Shown: one piece after another, positions 17,500-25,353 of the stretch
How positions within the stretch are numbered: the first letter of the stretch is position 1
Layout of the letters: each line of letters starts with the position of its first letter
NCBI GenBank assembly: GCA_045613445.1
Contig: JAZLAZ010000020.1
Coordinates: 10,433 to 74,432 of the forward strand
DNA: 64,000 nucleotides
Direction: 5' to 3'
From: Candidatus Enterousia sp.
GTDB lineage: Bacteria > Pseudomonadota > Alphaproteobacteria > Rs-D84
Notes under the pieces: model-generated
Databases searched by the model: none
What the model was told of the DNA's origin: nothing
What the model saw: the letters and a program-made list of their open reading frames with translations, nothing else
Program-made: the position numbers and the translations under genes

Positions 17500-18036
17500 T
17501 TACATTGACAGTAATGGTTGCCAGATTTTTAGTATCTCGTTATAGTCTGCGTACATTTCAAGAAATTCAATCGTAGAATATATTATTTCTAGTTGTTTTT
17601 GTGACCATTTGTATTTGTCGTTATAACGCAGTTTTTTTTCAAACCATTGTGATACGGTTAAATCATTTGGGTCTTTGTGCGTTAGGTATCTTTGTTCAAA
17701 GTTAGCACTGAACCAATCACATATCATTTCAATCAATGTTATGTTGCTGATTTCTGATGCGTTTGAATAGTAGTTTATATGGTGTGGTTGTGTGGCATGA
17801 TGTTCATCACTCATCGTTCTGAATAGTTCGCAATATTTTTCGGGAATATTATATTCAGGATGATAACTAGCATAATTTATATACGAGTATGCAATCATCA
17901 TTGGGCCAGAATTTTTATCGTTATCATGTTCTGGGAAATGGTAACCTAAGAGTCCTGCATGATAATTCAGGCAATTGATATGTGCCTGGGTTCGGATAAA
18001 ATGAAATTTGTTGATAGTTTCGATTGGGATCTGCAT
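17500..18036 (-). CDS. Hypothetical protein with His-rich motifs (HDNDK, DEHHATQPHHINYY), possibly DUF5662-like
   Basis: Start set at ATG 18036, because the longer ORF to 18120 would overlap the tRNA gene. The His/Asp pattern resembles a phage-associated family as I recall it. Weak. Confidence 0.4.
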   Translation of the reverse strand: MQIPIETINKFHFIRTQAHINCLNYHAGLLGYHFPEHDNDKNSGPMMIAYSYINYASYHPEYNIPEKYCELFRTMSDEHHATQPHHINYYSNASEISNITLIEMICDWFSANFEQRYLTHKDPNDLTVSQWFEKKLRYNDKYKWSQKQLEIIYSTIEFLEMYADYNEILKIWQPLLSM

Positions 18037-18112
18037 GGAATATATTATATCATAAGCATTAAAATATTTTAATTGCAAAATGAAAATAAGAAGCGTATAA
18101 TATGCGTCGCAT

Positions 18113-18186
18113 TGGGGCATAGTTTAATGGTAGAACTCCGGACTCTGACTCCGTCAGTGTTGGTTCGAATCCAGCTGCCCCAACCA
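18113..18186 (+). tRNA. tRNA-Gln (anticodon CUG)
   Basis: Manual cloverleaf: acceptor TGGGGCA/TGCCCCA, D-arm GTTT-AATGGTA-GAAC, anticodon arm CCGGA-CTCTGAC-TCCGT (U33, CUG, A37), T-arm GTTGG-TTCGAAT-CCAGC, encoded ACCA. One C:U mismatch at the top of the anticodon stem. Confidence 0.85.
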
Positions 18187-18191
18187 AAATT

Positions 18192-18220
18192 CAAACGCCC
18201 CGTGTGGGCGTTTTAATTTT
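18192..18220 (+). terminator. Terminator after tRNA-Gln
   Basis: ACGCCC-CGTGT-GGGCGT followed by TTTTAATTTTT. Confidence 0.7.
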
Positions 18221-18226
18221 TGGTTA

Positions 18227-18324
18227 TGGGGTAATGAGATGAGAACCAACAGTTCGAGCCGTAGGCGAAAGGGGCCCATAGAGCGAAAGCGAATATGGGA
18301 ATTACAATCCAGCTGCCCCAACCA
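18227..18324 (+). other. tRNA-like element or decayed tRNA-Gln copy whose ends can form the tRNA-Gln acceptor stem
   Basis: 5' TGGGGTA (18227-18233) pairs with 3' TGCCCCA (18314-18320), followed by ACCA. The 80-nt interior does not fold as a cloverleaf and contains GAAA-loop mini-hairpins. Confidence 0.3.
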
Positions 18325-18325
18325 A
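18306..18325 (+). repeat. Perfect 20-bp direct copy of the tRNA-Gln 3' end (att-like)
   Basis: AATCCAGCTGCCCCAACCAA at 18168-18187 and again at 18306-18325. Flanking bases are also similar. Confidence 0.9.
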
Positions 18326-18329
18326 GATA

Positions 18330-18448
18330 GACAAACCCGTCGATAAAGGCGGGTTTTTGTTTGGTTTCTAATGTTTCCAGTGAGTTCGAAAGTTAAATTT
18401 TGAAAAATGGCAAAAAAAATTATCATTTTCGAACTTTTGTGGTATAAT
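18330..18448 (+). repeat. Module A, copy 1 (hairpin, operator-like inverted repeat and promoter)
   Basis: Aligns with 19851-19967 at roughly 85-90% by eye, with a 2-nt indel. The first 65 nt differ at only 2 positions. Confidence 0.85.
18420..18448 (+). promoter_or_regulatory. Cassette promoter 1: TTATCA-N17-(TGG)TATAAT with the TTTCGAACT half-operator in the spacer
   Basis: The -35 is at 18420-18425 and the extended -10 TGGTATAAT ends at 18448. AGTTCGAAA (18383-18391) is the exact inverted partner of TTTCGAACT (18427-18435). Confidence 0.6.
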
Positions 18449-18455
18449 ATTTTGT

Positions 18456-19568
18456 ATGAAAACAGAGAGTTATAATAAAGCCATAGATAAAGTTCATGCA
18501 CTTGTTGGTGAATCTGTAACTAAACAGATACCTACATTGGATCATGTTATGGATGTTGAGCATATGTCCGAATCAGATAAAATCTGGTATGAAGCATATA
18601 AAAAATATGGGAATCGTAATCATACATGGCAAGATTTTAAAGATATGTTTTATGGTGATATGCAAACCATGCAAAAAACGGTTGTAAACTGGAAAACTTG
18701 GGATGAAATAAATGATTTATTATCCCAATCCGATGTTTTAAGAACAGAAGTGCGAAAATTACTAGGAAAATACGATATACGTTCTATTAGCGAAGAAAAA
18801 ATAGAAGAATATGCACGTATAAAAAAAGAACACCCCGATTTAGTAGCGATTTATGAAAAATATCTGGCTGTTGATGATTTAACACATGCAAATTATTCTA
18901 CATTTAATCCACAAGTTGCGAAACTGGAAAAAGAATTTGAAATAAAATCAAAAGCTATAAACCCTGATGATAAAAAATCAAAAATAGATTTAATTGTAGA
19001 ATATATAAAAAAAATGGACGAATATGTTGATTTAAAAAACGGTGATTTTGTGCTTGGCGAACGTATAGAAATGTACAGAAAAATTATATTGAAAGATTCA
19101 ACAATTTTAATGATGATACAAAATTTTGATAATTTATCTGGTGCAGAAAAGGTTGATTTGGCGCGTATGATTTTAAATAAAAGTGCAAAAATTACAGGCA
19201 CACCAACAGGAAGAGTGATCCACGATGATGCTACTGATGGACCACATGTATTAAGAGAAAATCAAGGCGCTGGATACAATAAAAAAGGTGAAAGATTTTT
19301 ATTTCGTGGGGATGTGTCTAATTTTTCTAAATTATGGAACTTTTTGAAAACACTGGCACATGAAGATGCGCACAGAATTGATTATTATAATGCAGAATAT
19401 GGTATGATTGGGACTCAACTTATGCAATTTGTAGAAAATAATTATCTGAATAATTCAGATATTGATGAAGAATTATATCGTAAATTTGCTACCGAGCAAA
19501 GTTCTTACTATCTTGATAAAACAATCGGGTCTGCATTGAAATACGAAATAGAACACCAAAATTCATAA
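18456..19568 (+). CDS. Hypothetical protein with an HExxH zinc-metallopeptidase-like motif (cassette 1 cargo)
   Basis: 370 aa, no signal peptide, 'LAHEDAHRIDYYN' near the C-terminus. Otherwise unrecognised. Confidence 0.55.
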   Translation: MKTESYNKAIDKVHALVGESVTKQIPTLDHVMDVEHMSESDKIWYEAYKKYGNRNHTWQDFKDMFYGDMQTMQKTVVNWKTWDEINDLLSQSDVLRTEVRKLLGKYDIRSISEEKIEEYARIKKEHPDLVAIYEKYLAVDDLTHANYSTFNPQVAKLEKEFEIKSKAINPDDKKSKIDLIVEYIKKMDEYVDLKNGDFVLGERIEMYRKIILKDSTILMMIQNFDNLSGAEKVDLARMILNKSAKITGTPTGRVIHDDATDGPHVLRENQGAGYNKKGERFLFRGDVSNFSKLWNFLKTLAHEDAHRIDYYNAEYGMIGTQLMQFVENNYLNNSDIDEELYRKFATEQSSYYLDKTIGSALKYEIEHQNS

Positions 19569-19604
19569 ATCAAGTAAGAAATAGTTTATCTTTAATTTCA
19601 TAAA

Positions 19605-19660
19605 TCTCTTTTCCAATCTTTACCAATTCGGTTCGCGAATTGCATGACATGCACAACCAA
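19605..19660 (+). repeat. Module B, copy 1 (3'-UTR hairpin CAATTCG-GTTCG-CGAATTG, then ...ACAACCAAGATA)
   Basis: Aligns with 20710-20765 at about 80% by eye. Contains a 7-bp perfect palindromic stem. Confidence 0.75.
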
Positions 19661-19667
19661 GATAAGA

Positions 19668-19697
19668 TAAAAATGTCCCTATGGGGCATTTTTATTT
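19668..19697 (+). terminator. Terminator of cassette 1
   Basis: ATGTCCC-TAT-GGGGCAT followed by TTTTTATTTT. Confidence 0.7.
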
Positions 19698-19850
19698 TAT
19701 TCGGGGTGGCTGGATCGGTCAGAGTGTCAACGGCACGCACGACCAATACGAGAATAGACAATTAAAAAAATCTTCAAAAATCGACCAAGGGAGATTTTTT
19801 TGATTTTTATTATTGTATATCGAGGCACCCAGCTGCGACCGATCAAGATT

Positions 19851-19967
19851 GACAAACACGTCGATAAAGGCGGGTTTTTGTTTGGTTTCTAATGTTTCCA
19901 GCGAGTTCGAAAGTTGAGTTTTAGAAAACATCAAAAAATTGTCATTTTCGAACTTTTGTGGTATAAT
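19851..19967 (+). repeat. Module A, copy 2
   Basis: See copy 1. Preceded at 19828-19850 by CCCAGCTGCGACCGATCAAGATT, a degenerate version of the tRNA-Gln 3' end. Confidence 0.85.
19939..19967 (+). promoter_or_regulatory. Cassette promoter 2: TTGTCA-N17-(TGG)TATAAT
   Basis: The -35 is at 19939-19944 and TATAAT at 19962-19967. It has the same TTTCGAACT spacer element and upstream AGTTCGAAA partner. Confidence 0.6.
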
Positions 19968-19994
19968 TCTGTAGAAAAAAATAAAGGTCATAAC

Positions 19995-20576
19995 ATGGAA
20001 AAATTCTTTGAAATATTTAAGAAAAATCAAAAAACAGAAAGATTAGAACTTCGTATTTTGGAACCAACAATTGAAAATGCGAAGTTGGTATGGGATATTG
20101 TTAAATCACAAAATCCAGACGATTTCAAATATGTATGGTTCACAGCTACACATAATTCTCATATGACAGAATCTTTGGAAGAAACTTTACAAAGAATTAA
20201 ATTAGATTATGAATCTAAAACAGGTTGTGCATATTATATATTCCATAACGGTAATTTTGTTGGTTATCAAAGAATTCATTATGTTGAATCTTCAAGAACC
20301 TTGCAATGTGCAGCAGTTTGGTTTGTTAAATCTGCATGGGGTAATGGTTTTAATCAAGAAGTTCATAGGAAATTAGAATCTATGGCATTTGACGAATTGG
20401 GTGCAAATCGTATATGTCGTCAAATCATGCCAGCCAATATTCGTTCAAAAAAATCTATTGAAGCTGGTGGGTATCACCTTGATGGTATAGACAGACAAGC
20501 AGAAATGCAACCTGATGGCAGTTTTACTGACAGGTGTTTATATTCTAAATTGCTAAGCGAATATAAACAAAAATAA
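19995..20576 (+). CDS. GNAT-family N-acetyltransferase (RimJ/RimL-like), cassette 2 cargo
   Basis: 'TERLELRILEPTIENAKLVWDIV' N-terminus and 'FVGYQRIHY...VKSAWGNGFNQE' core, about 190 aa. Start set at ATG 19995. Confidence 0.6.
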   Translation: MEKFFEIFKKNQKTERLELRILEPTIENAKLVWDIVKSQNPDDFKYVWFTATHNSHMTESLEETLQRIKLDYESKTGCAYYIFHNGNFVGYQRIHYVESSRTLQCAAVWFVKSAWGNGFNQEVHRKLESMAFDELGANRICRQIMPANIRSKKSIEAGGYHLDGIDRQAEMQPDGSFTDRCLYSKLLSEYKQK

Positions 20577-20709
20577 AAAGGATTTTGGTTTTGATGTATC
20601 TGATGAAAATATATCTGATATATTAAATGCAATTCCAAATTGGAACGAACCAAATATAAACGGTGGTATTACAAATAAAATTTGGGCAGAAAACAAAAAT
20701 AATTTTCAA

Positions 20710-20765
20710 TCTCTCGTCCAATCTCCGCCAATTCGGCTCGCGAATTGCATGACGAGTACAACCAA
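20710..20765 (+). repeat. Module B, copy 2
   Basis: CCAATTCGGCTCGCGAATTGCATGACGAGTACAACCAA, against CCAATTCGGTTCGCGAATTGCATGACATGCACAACCAA in copy 1. Confidence 0.75.
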
Positions 20766-20766
20766 T

Positions 20767-20794
20767 ATAAAAACGCCCAAATGGGCGTTTTTTT
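20767..20794. terminator. Bidirectional terminator shared by cassette 2 and ssb
   Basis: AAAAACGCCC-AAAT-GGGCGTTTTTTT. Confidence 0.8.
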
Positions 20795-21245
20795 AAAATG
20801 GAATATCATCACCGATTTCAGAAACGGATATTTCTTCGCGTGGTTGTGGTGCAGATGGTGTTGATGAGCTGTATTCACCACCGTCAATTGTTTTTGCACC
20901 AGACAGAATAACCATTTGGCCTGCGAACTGATTTAATACAACTTCGGTTGTAAATACGTCTGCACCGGATTGGTTTTGCCATTTGCGTGTGCGCAGGGAG
21001 CCTTCTAAATACAATTTTGTGCCTTTTTGCAACATACGTTCTGCAACTTCGACCAAGTTCGAATTAAAGATTACAACACGATGCCATTCTGTTTGTTCTT
21101 TCTGTTCGCCTGTGCTACGATCGCGCCAACGTTCAGATGTTGCCAATGAAAAGCTGACAACTTTTTGACCGCTGCCCATTGTGCGAACCTGAGGTTCTTG
21201 ACCAATATTTCCAACCAAGATTACTTTATTTATACTGCCTGCCAT
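20793..21245 (-). CDS. ssb: Single-stranded DNA-binding protein
   Basis: '[19 protein letters not shown]' is the OB-fold start, with an acidic 'DDIPF' tail. 150 aa. Confidence 0.95.
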   Translation of the reverse strand: MAGSINKVILVGNIGQEPQVRTMGSGQKVVSFSLATSERWRDRSTGEQKEQTEWHRVVIFNSNLVEVAERMLQKGTKLYLEGSLRTRKWQNQSGADVFTTEVVLNQFAGQMVILSGAKTIDGGEYSSSTPSAPQPREEISVSEIGDDIPF

Positions 21246-21317
21246 AATCGCTTCCTTTGTTTTTTGTTTTTAGTATGATTTATTTGAGCAATTATGGCAG
21301 AAAAATGCAAGGATTTT

Positions 21318-23150
21318 TTAGAAACTGATTTTTGACTTTGCCAAGATATAAAATTCATCTGTGCCGTATGGATTGTCAACAAAACCCATTGTTACTGATT
21401 TGTATGTAGCTGAATATTCAATTGCTGGGCGTGTTGCCATGCCAATCGCATAATCTGAAAAAACATAGCTGCCGTTTGCACTGCGACCTGATAATGTATG
21501 TAAATACATTTGACCGCCAACAATTGTGTCTGGTGTGCCAACAGATAACTTGAAATCATTATACTGTAATGCAATGTTTGCAGATGCAGTGAATATATTT
21601 GAAAAACCTGATATGATTGATTCTGCAGATGTCTTTGGTGTCATTGAACCAAATGTTGTGCGATATGATAATGTTATATCACCAAATGTAATTGCGTCAC
21701 TGAAACCAACAAAGCTTAAAATATCATTTGATTTTGTTTGTAAAATACCACTGGCATTCATCATGTCTGTTTGTTTAAAGCCAATTTCAATGTTGCCTAT
21801 CTTTACATTATTTATGTCATGGTTTGTCAGACGTTCAAAACCGATACCACGATTTTTAACTGTGATATTATCATTCAAGTTTGTTTCAAATGCGCGACCA
21901 AAACTGTCAACAAAAGATAATTTGATGTTTTGTGATTTTAACTGATTGCCAATTGTGCTGCTGATGCGGGAATGTTGCATTGCGATATTTGTGCTGTCTG
22001 ATACTGGAATTGTTGTTGCACCAACAGGGCGGGTTGCACGTTCCATATCCAGCAAACCATGACCATATATCGCGTCAACCCCAGTGTCACCTAAATCACG
22101 TGCGGTTGTGAATAACAAGTTTGTTATTTCAGATGATTTCATGTATGGAAATGCTTCACGAATTACTGAAATCGCAGCTGATACGATTGGGGCTGCAAAA
22201 CTGGTGCCATTCAAGTTTTTGTTTGATGCGCTGGATTTCAAATCTGTACCAGGTGCTGTGATGCAATAATTCATTGTGACACCACATGCATTGCTGAAAG
22301 TGGCCAATGATTGTGTGTCACTGTCCCATGCAACAACATTTACAAAATGACCTTTTAATTCTGGAATGACACGTGGCATTGCAGATAATGAACTGGATTG
22401 AAAGTTATATTCATTGCCAGCCGCCCAAACAAAAATCGCATCGTTTTGTGTTGCAGCATTTGATAACGCATCGATAAAATGTTTATCTGTCATGTATTCT
22501 ATTTGGTTGCGAGAATATACTTCGTTTGCAAAAGAATCTGTTGCAGACCAACTGAAATTGTATATGTTCGCATCAGATGCAGATGAAATAATGTCACCAA
22601 TTTCATAAAATGACTTAAAGTTGCCAGAAGTGTCGACAACTTCGTATATTGCAATATTTGCATCTGGGGCAATCTGGTCAGATGCAATGTGGGCAACGCC
22701 ACTGCCATGAGTTGTGTTTATGCCAGAATCAAATACAGCAATTGTAGAATTTTTGCCTGTAAATCCGCGTGCCAATGAATATCCTAAACGAATATCATCG
22801 TACTGTTTTGTATTGCGTGTATATGAATTTTGATTTGTTACACTGGCAAAACGTGCATAGTCGATATCATTGCCAACTTCGTCATATGATGCGCGTGTTG
22901 GTATGCTTGGTGTGTTGTCGGAATTGTTGCTGGATGTGCCTAATAATGCAATCGCACCGCCAATCAATGCGATGCTGCCACCAGCAACTGTTGCGCTGGT
23001 CGCAAAAGAAAATGTTTTTTCGTTTGAGCATTTTTCTGGGTTTGAAATACGGTACATGTCATTGACACACTGGTTTGTGCGTGCCACAGCAGGTGCAACA
23101 ACAAGTGCACAACTGATAAATGCCGACAAAAATGTTCTGTATGAACTCAT
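21318..23150 (-). CDS. Subtilisin-like (S8) serine protease autotransporter
   Basis: Signal peptide MSSYRTFLSAFISCALVVAPAVA (ATG 23150, GGAG upstream). Catalytic D ('IAVFDSGI'), H ('THGSGVAHI') and S ('GTSFAAPIVSAA'). The C-terminal beta-domain ends in '...AKSKISF'. Confidence 0.8.
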   Translation of the reverse strand: MSSYRTFLSAFISCALVVAPAVARTNQCVNDMYRISNPEKCSNEKTFSFATSATVAGGSIALIGGAIALLGTSSNNSDNTPSIPTRASYDEVGNDIDYARFASVTNQNSYTRNTKQYDDIRLGYSLARGFTGKNSTIAVFDSGINTTHGSGVAHIASDQIAPDANIAIYEVVDTSGNFKSFYEIGDIISSASDANIYNFSWSATDSFANEVYSRNQIEYMTDKHFIDALSNAATQNDAIFVWAAGNEYNFQSSSLSAMPRVIPELKGHFVNVVAWDSDTQSLATFSNACGVTMNYCITAPGTDLKSSASNKNLNGTSFAAPIVSAAISVIREAFPYMKSSEITNLLFTTARDLGDTGVDAIYGHGLLDMERATRPVGATTIPVSDSTNIAMQHSRISSTIGNQLKSQNIKLSFVDSFGRAFETNLNDNITVKNRGIGFERLTNHDINNVKIGNIEIGFKQTDMMNASGILQTKSNDILSFVGFSDAITFGDITLSYRTTFGSMTPKTSAESIISGFSNIFTASANIALQYNDFKLSVGTPDTIVGGQMYLHTLSGRSANGSYVFSDYAIGMATRPAIEYSATYKSVTMGFVDNPYGTDEFYILAKSKISF

Positions 23151-23303
23151 CTGTTTTCTCCATCGCTGGCAGGTATCACACCCACACATATTTAATATAG
23201 TACAAATATACTGTTTTGTCAAGGTTGTGCGTAAAAGTTCCTAGACAAAAGGGTGACGTCTTGTGATATACTGAATACACAGAAAATAACCAAGGGGGTA
23301 ATT

Positions 23304-23702
23304 ATGAAAAAAATATCAATATCTGTATTTAGTGTTTTGATGTCTATTGGCTGTGCGTTTGCGAATTTTAGTGGACCTGATAATATGGCAGTAGATACAC
23401 AACATGTAAACCCAAAGGGTGGATTTGTTGGCGGTAAAGAAACAATCGTTACAGTTAAACAGGTATCTGAAATGCGAGATGATGTGCCTGTAATTGTTCA
23501 GGGACATATTTTGCAACGCGTTGGCGATGAAAAATATTTGTTTGAAGATAATACTGGTTCAATGACAGTGGAAATAGATGATGATGACTGGCGTGGTCAA
23601 ACAATTACACCAGCAGATACGGTGAAACTGTATGGTGAAGTTGATAGGGGGATTTTCAAAACAGAAATCGATATAGATTATGTTGAAAAAAATATAAGAT
23701 AA
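23304..23702 (+). CDS. Periplasmic OB-fold (BOF) protein, YgiW/YdeI family
   Basis: Signal peptide MKKISISVFSVLMSIGCAFA. 'VIVQGHILQRVGDEKYLFEDNTGSMTVEIDDDDW...VKLYGEVD' matches the YgiW pattern. Confidence 0.75.
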   Translation: MKKISISVFSVLMSIGCAFANFSGPDNMAVDTQHVNPKGGFVGGKETIVTVKQVSEMRDDVPVIVQGHILQRVGDEKYLFEDNTGSMTVEIDDDDWRGQTITPADTVKLYGEVDRGIFKTEIDIDYVEKNIR

Positions 23703-23727
23703 AGCCCCGTTTGGGGTTTTATTTTTT
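23701..23727. terminator. Bidirectional terminator between the BOF gene and the small membrane protein gene
   Basis: AAAGCCCC-GTTT-GGGGTTTTATTTTTTT. Confidence 0.7.
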
Positions 23728-23925
23728 TGTGGCCCAAAACAGTGACCATACCCATGCGATTATTGACCAACCAAAAACCCAACTGCCCAATCGAACGGCG
23801 TGCATGTCTGGTTTGCCCTTGCCATTTTGACGGGCAATCCACGCAGGTGCTAATATAACAATAATCAGCAACAGTACGCATAATGCGTACCTGGTAAATA
23901 GTAAAATTTCAGTTATTCCAATCAT
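23719..23925 (-). CDS. Small two-helix membrane protein, superinfection-immunity (Imm)-like
   Basis: 68 aa. 'LAPAWIARQNGKGKPDMHAVRLGSWVFGWSIIAWVWSLFWA' resembles the Imm family pattern, from memory. Confidence 0.45.
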   Translation of the reverse strand: MIGITEILLFTRYALCVLLLIIVILAPAWIARQNGKGKPDMHAVRLGSWVFGWSIIAWVWSLFWATKK

Positions 23926-23960
23926 TTTTTATAAAAAAGGGGGCGTTTGCACGTCCCCCC
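23925..23960 (-). terminator. Terminator of eno (minus strand)
   Basis: Read on the minus strand: GGGGGGACG-TGCAAA-CGCCCCC followed by TTTTTTAT. Confidence 0.75.
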
Positions 23961-23980
23961 TAACATTCTTTATGGCTGGA

Positions 23981-25243
23981 TTATATACCATACTTTGCGT
24001 TCTTGTCCAGTTCTTCTTCGATGCGAATCAACTGATTGTATTTTGCCATACGATCTGTGCGTGACATTGAACCAGTTTTTATTTGCCCAGCGTTTGTAGC
24101 AACCGATAAATCTGCAATTGTTGTATCTTCGGTTTCACCGCTGCGATGTGAAATTATAACACCGTAATTTGCATCTTGGGCCATTTTGATTGCGTGCAAT
24201 GTTTCGGTCAAAGTGCCAATTTGATTTACTTTGATTAAAATTGCATTTGCAATATTATTTGCAATCCCACGTTCCAAACGCGTAGGATTTGTTACAAATA
24301 AATCATCACCGACCAGTTGACATTTTTTACCAATTCTTTCTGTCAATTTTTTCCAACCGTCCCAGTCTTCTTCGGCCAGTGCATCTTCGATTGAAATAAT
24401 CGGATATTCTGTTATCAGTTTTTCATAAAATGCAATCATTTCATCTGAATTTAACTGTTGACCTTCAAAATTATAGATGCCGTTTGAATAAAATTCAGAT
24501 GATGCAACATCTAATCCAATTGAAACTTGTTCGCCAGGGATATATCCAGCAGAAGTTATTGCAGATATGATTGTGTCTAATGCATCGTGACAGCAATTGA
24601 AGTTGGGAGCAAAACCACCTTCGTCACCAACATTGGTAGAATTTCCGCTTTTCTTTAATATTGATTTTAAGTGATGGAATATTTCAGAACCCATGCGAAT
24701 TGCATCTATTTCGGATTTTGCGCCATTTGGAATAATCATAAATTCTTGGACGTCCAGACCATTATCTGCATGTGCGCCACCGTTGATAATGTTCATCATT
24801 GGACGTGGTAAAACGCATGGATTGTCGTTTCCATATATATTTGCAATGTATTTATACAAAGGTGTTTTTTTTGCGTTTGCAGCAGCATGTGCAATTGCCA
24901 TAGATACAGATAAAATTGCGTTTGCGCCCAGTCTTTCTTTGTTTGATGTGCCATCTAATGCCAACATTTTATTGTCGATTTCTGATTGTTGGGTCGCGTT
25001 CATGCCAATCAAAGCAGGTGCGATAATTTCATTTACATGTTTTACAGCGGTTGCGACACCTTTGCCCATGTATGTATCATCGCCGTCACGCAATTCCAAG
25101 GCTTCGAATGTGCCTGTGGATGCACCAGATGGAACGGCTGCGCGCCCAAATGCACCATTGGATAATTCAATATCGCATTCAATGGTTGGATTTCCGCGAC
25201 TGTCCATGATTTGACGTGCATGTATTTTTTTTATTGAAAACAT
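23981..25243 (-). CDS. eno: Enolase
   Basis: '[12 protein letters not shown]', 'GDDLFVTN' and '[15 protein letters not shown]'. 420 aa. Confidence 0.97.
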   Translation of the reverse strand: MFSIKKIHARQIMDSRGNPTIECDIELSNGAFGRAAVPSGASTGTFEALELRDGDDTYMGKGVATAVKHVNEIIAPALIGMNATQQSEIDNKMLALDGTSNKERLGANAILSVSMAIAHAAANAKKTPLYKYIANIYGNDNPCVLPRPMMNIINGGAHADNGLDVQEFMIIPNGAKSEIDAIRMGSEIFHHLKSILKKSGNSTNVGDEGGFAPNFNCCHDALDTIISAITSAGYIPGEQVSIGLDVASSEFYSNGIYNFEGQQLNSDEMIAFYEKLITEYPIISIEDALAEEDWDGWKKLTERIGKKCQLVGDDLFVTNPTRLERGIANNIANAILIKVNQIGTLTETLHAIKMAQDANYGVIISHRSGETEDTTIADLSVATNAGQIKTGSMSRTDRMAKYNQLIRIEEELDKNAKYGI

Positions 25244-25353
25244 ACTTTTTACTCCCTTGTTTTATCATGTTATTTTGAAAATCGTCTTGCCTTGTGGGGG
25301 CTAAATGTGGCATAATTATAAGCATATTTATGACAGGAAGAAAAGAAGAAAAA

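Larger units (their letters stand above)
18306..20796 (+). mobile_element. Two tandem gene cassettes downstream of tRNA-Gln, each with a tRNA-3'-like sequence, promoter module A, one gene, hairpin module B and a terminator
   Basis: Module A is at 18330-18448 and 19851-19967, and module B at 19605-19660 and 20710-20765. tRNA-3'-like sequence precedes each A module. No integrase in the window. Confidence 0.4.

Noticed and set aside
18154-18501. 115-aa minus-strand ORF spanning the tRNA-Gln 3' end, the tRNA-like element and module A, plus the similar ORF at 19719-20030
   Set aside because: They cross a tRNA gene, terminators and a promoter. Their similarity to each other is explained by the DNA-level repeat (module A), not by protein conservation.
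19570-19761. Apparent conserved peptide in module B (minus frame ...CNSRTELVKIGKEI... versus ...CNSRAELAEIGREI...; plus frame ...QSLPIRFANCMTCTTK versus ...QSPPIRLANCMTSTTN)
   Set aside because: The conservation is equally visible in two frames and at the DNA level. The plus frame lacks a start codon in copy 1. The minus ORFs would start inside terminators. An RNA/DNA-level element (palindromic hairpin) is more parsimonious, though a micro-ORF cannot be excluded without ribosome profiling.
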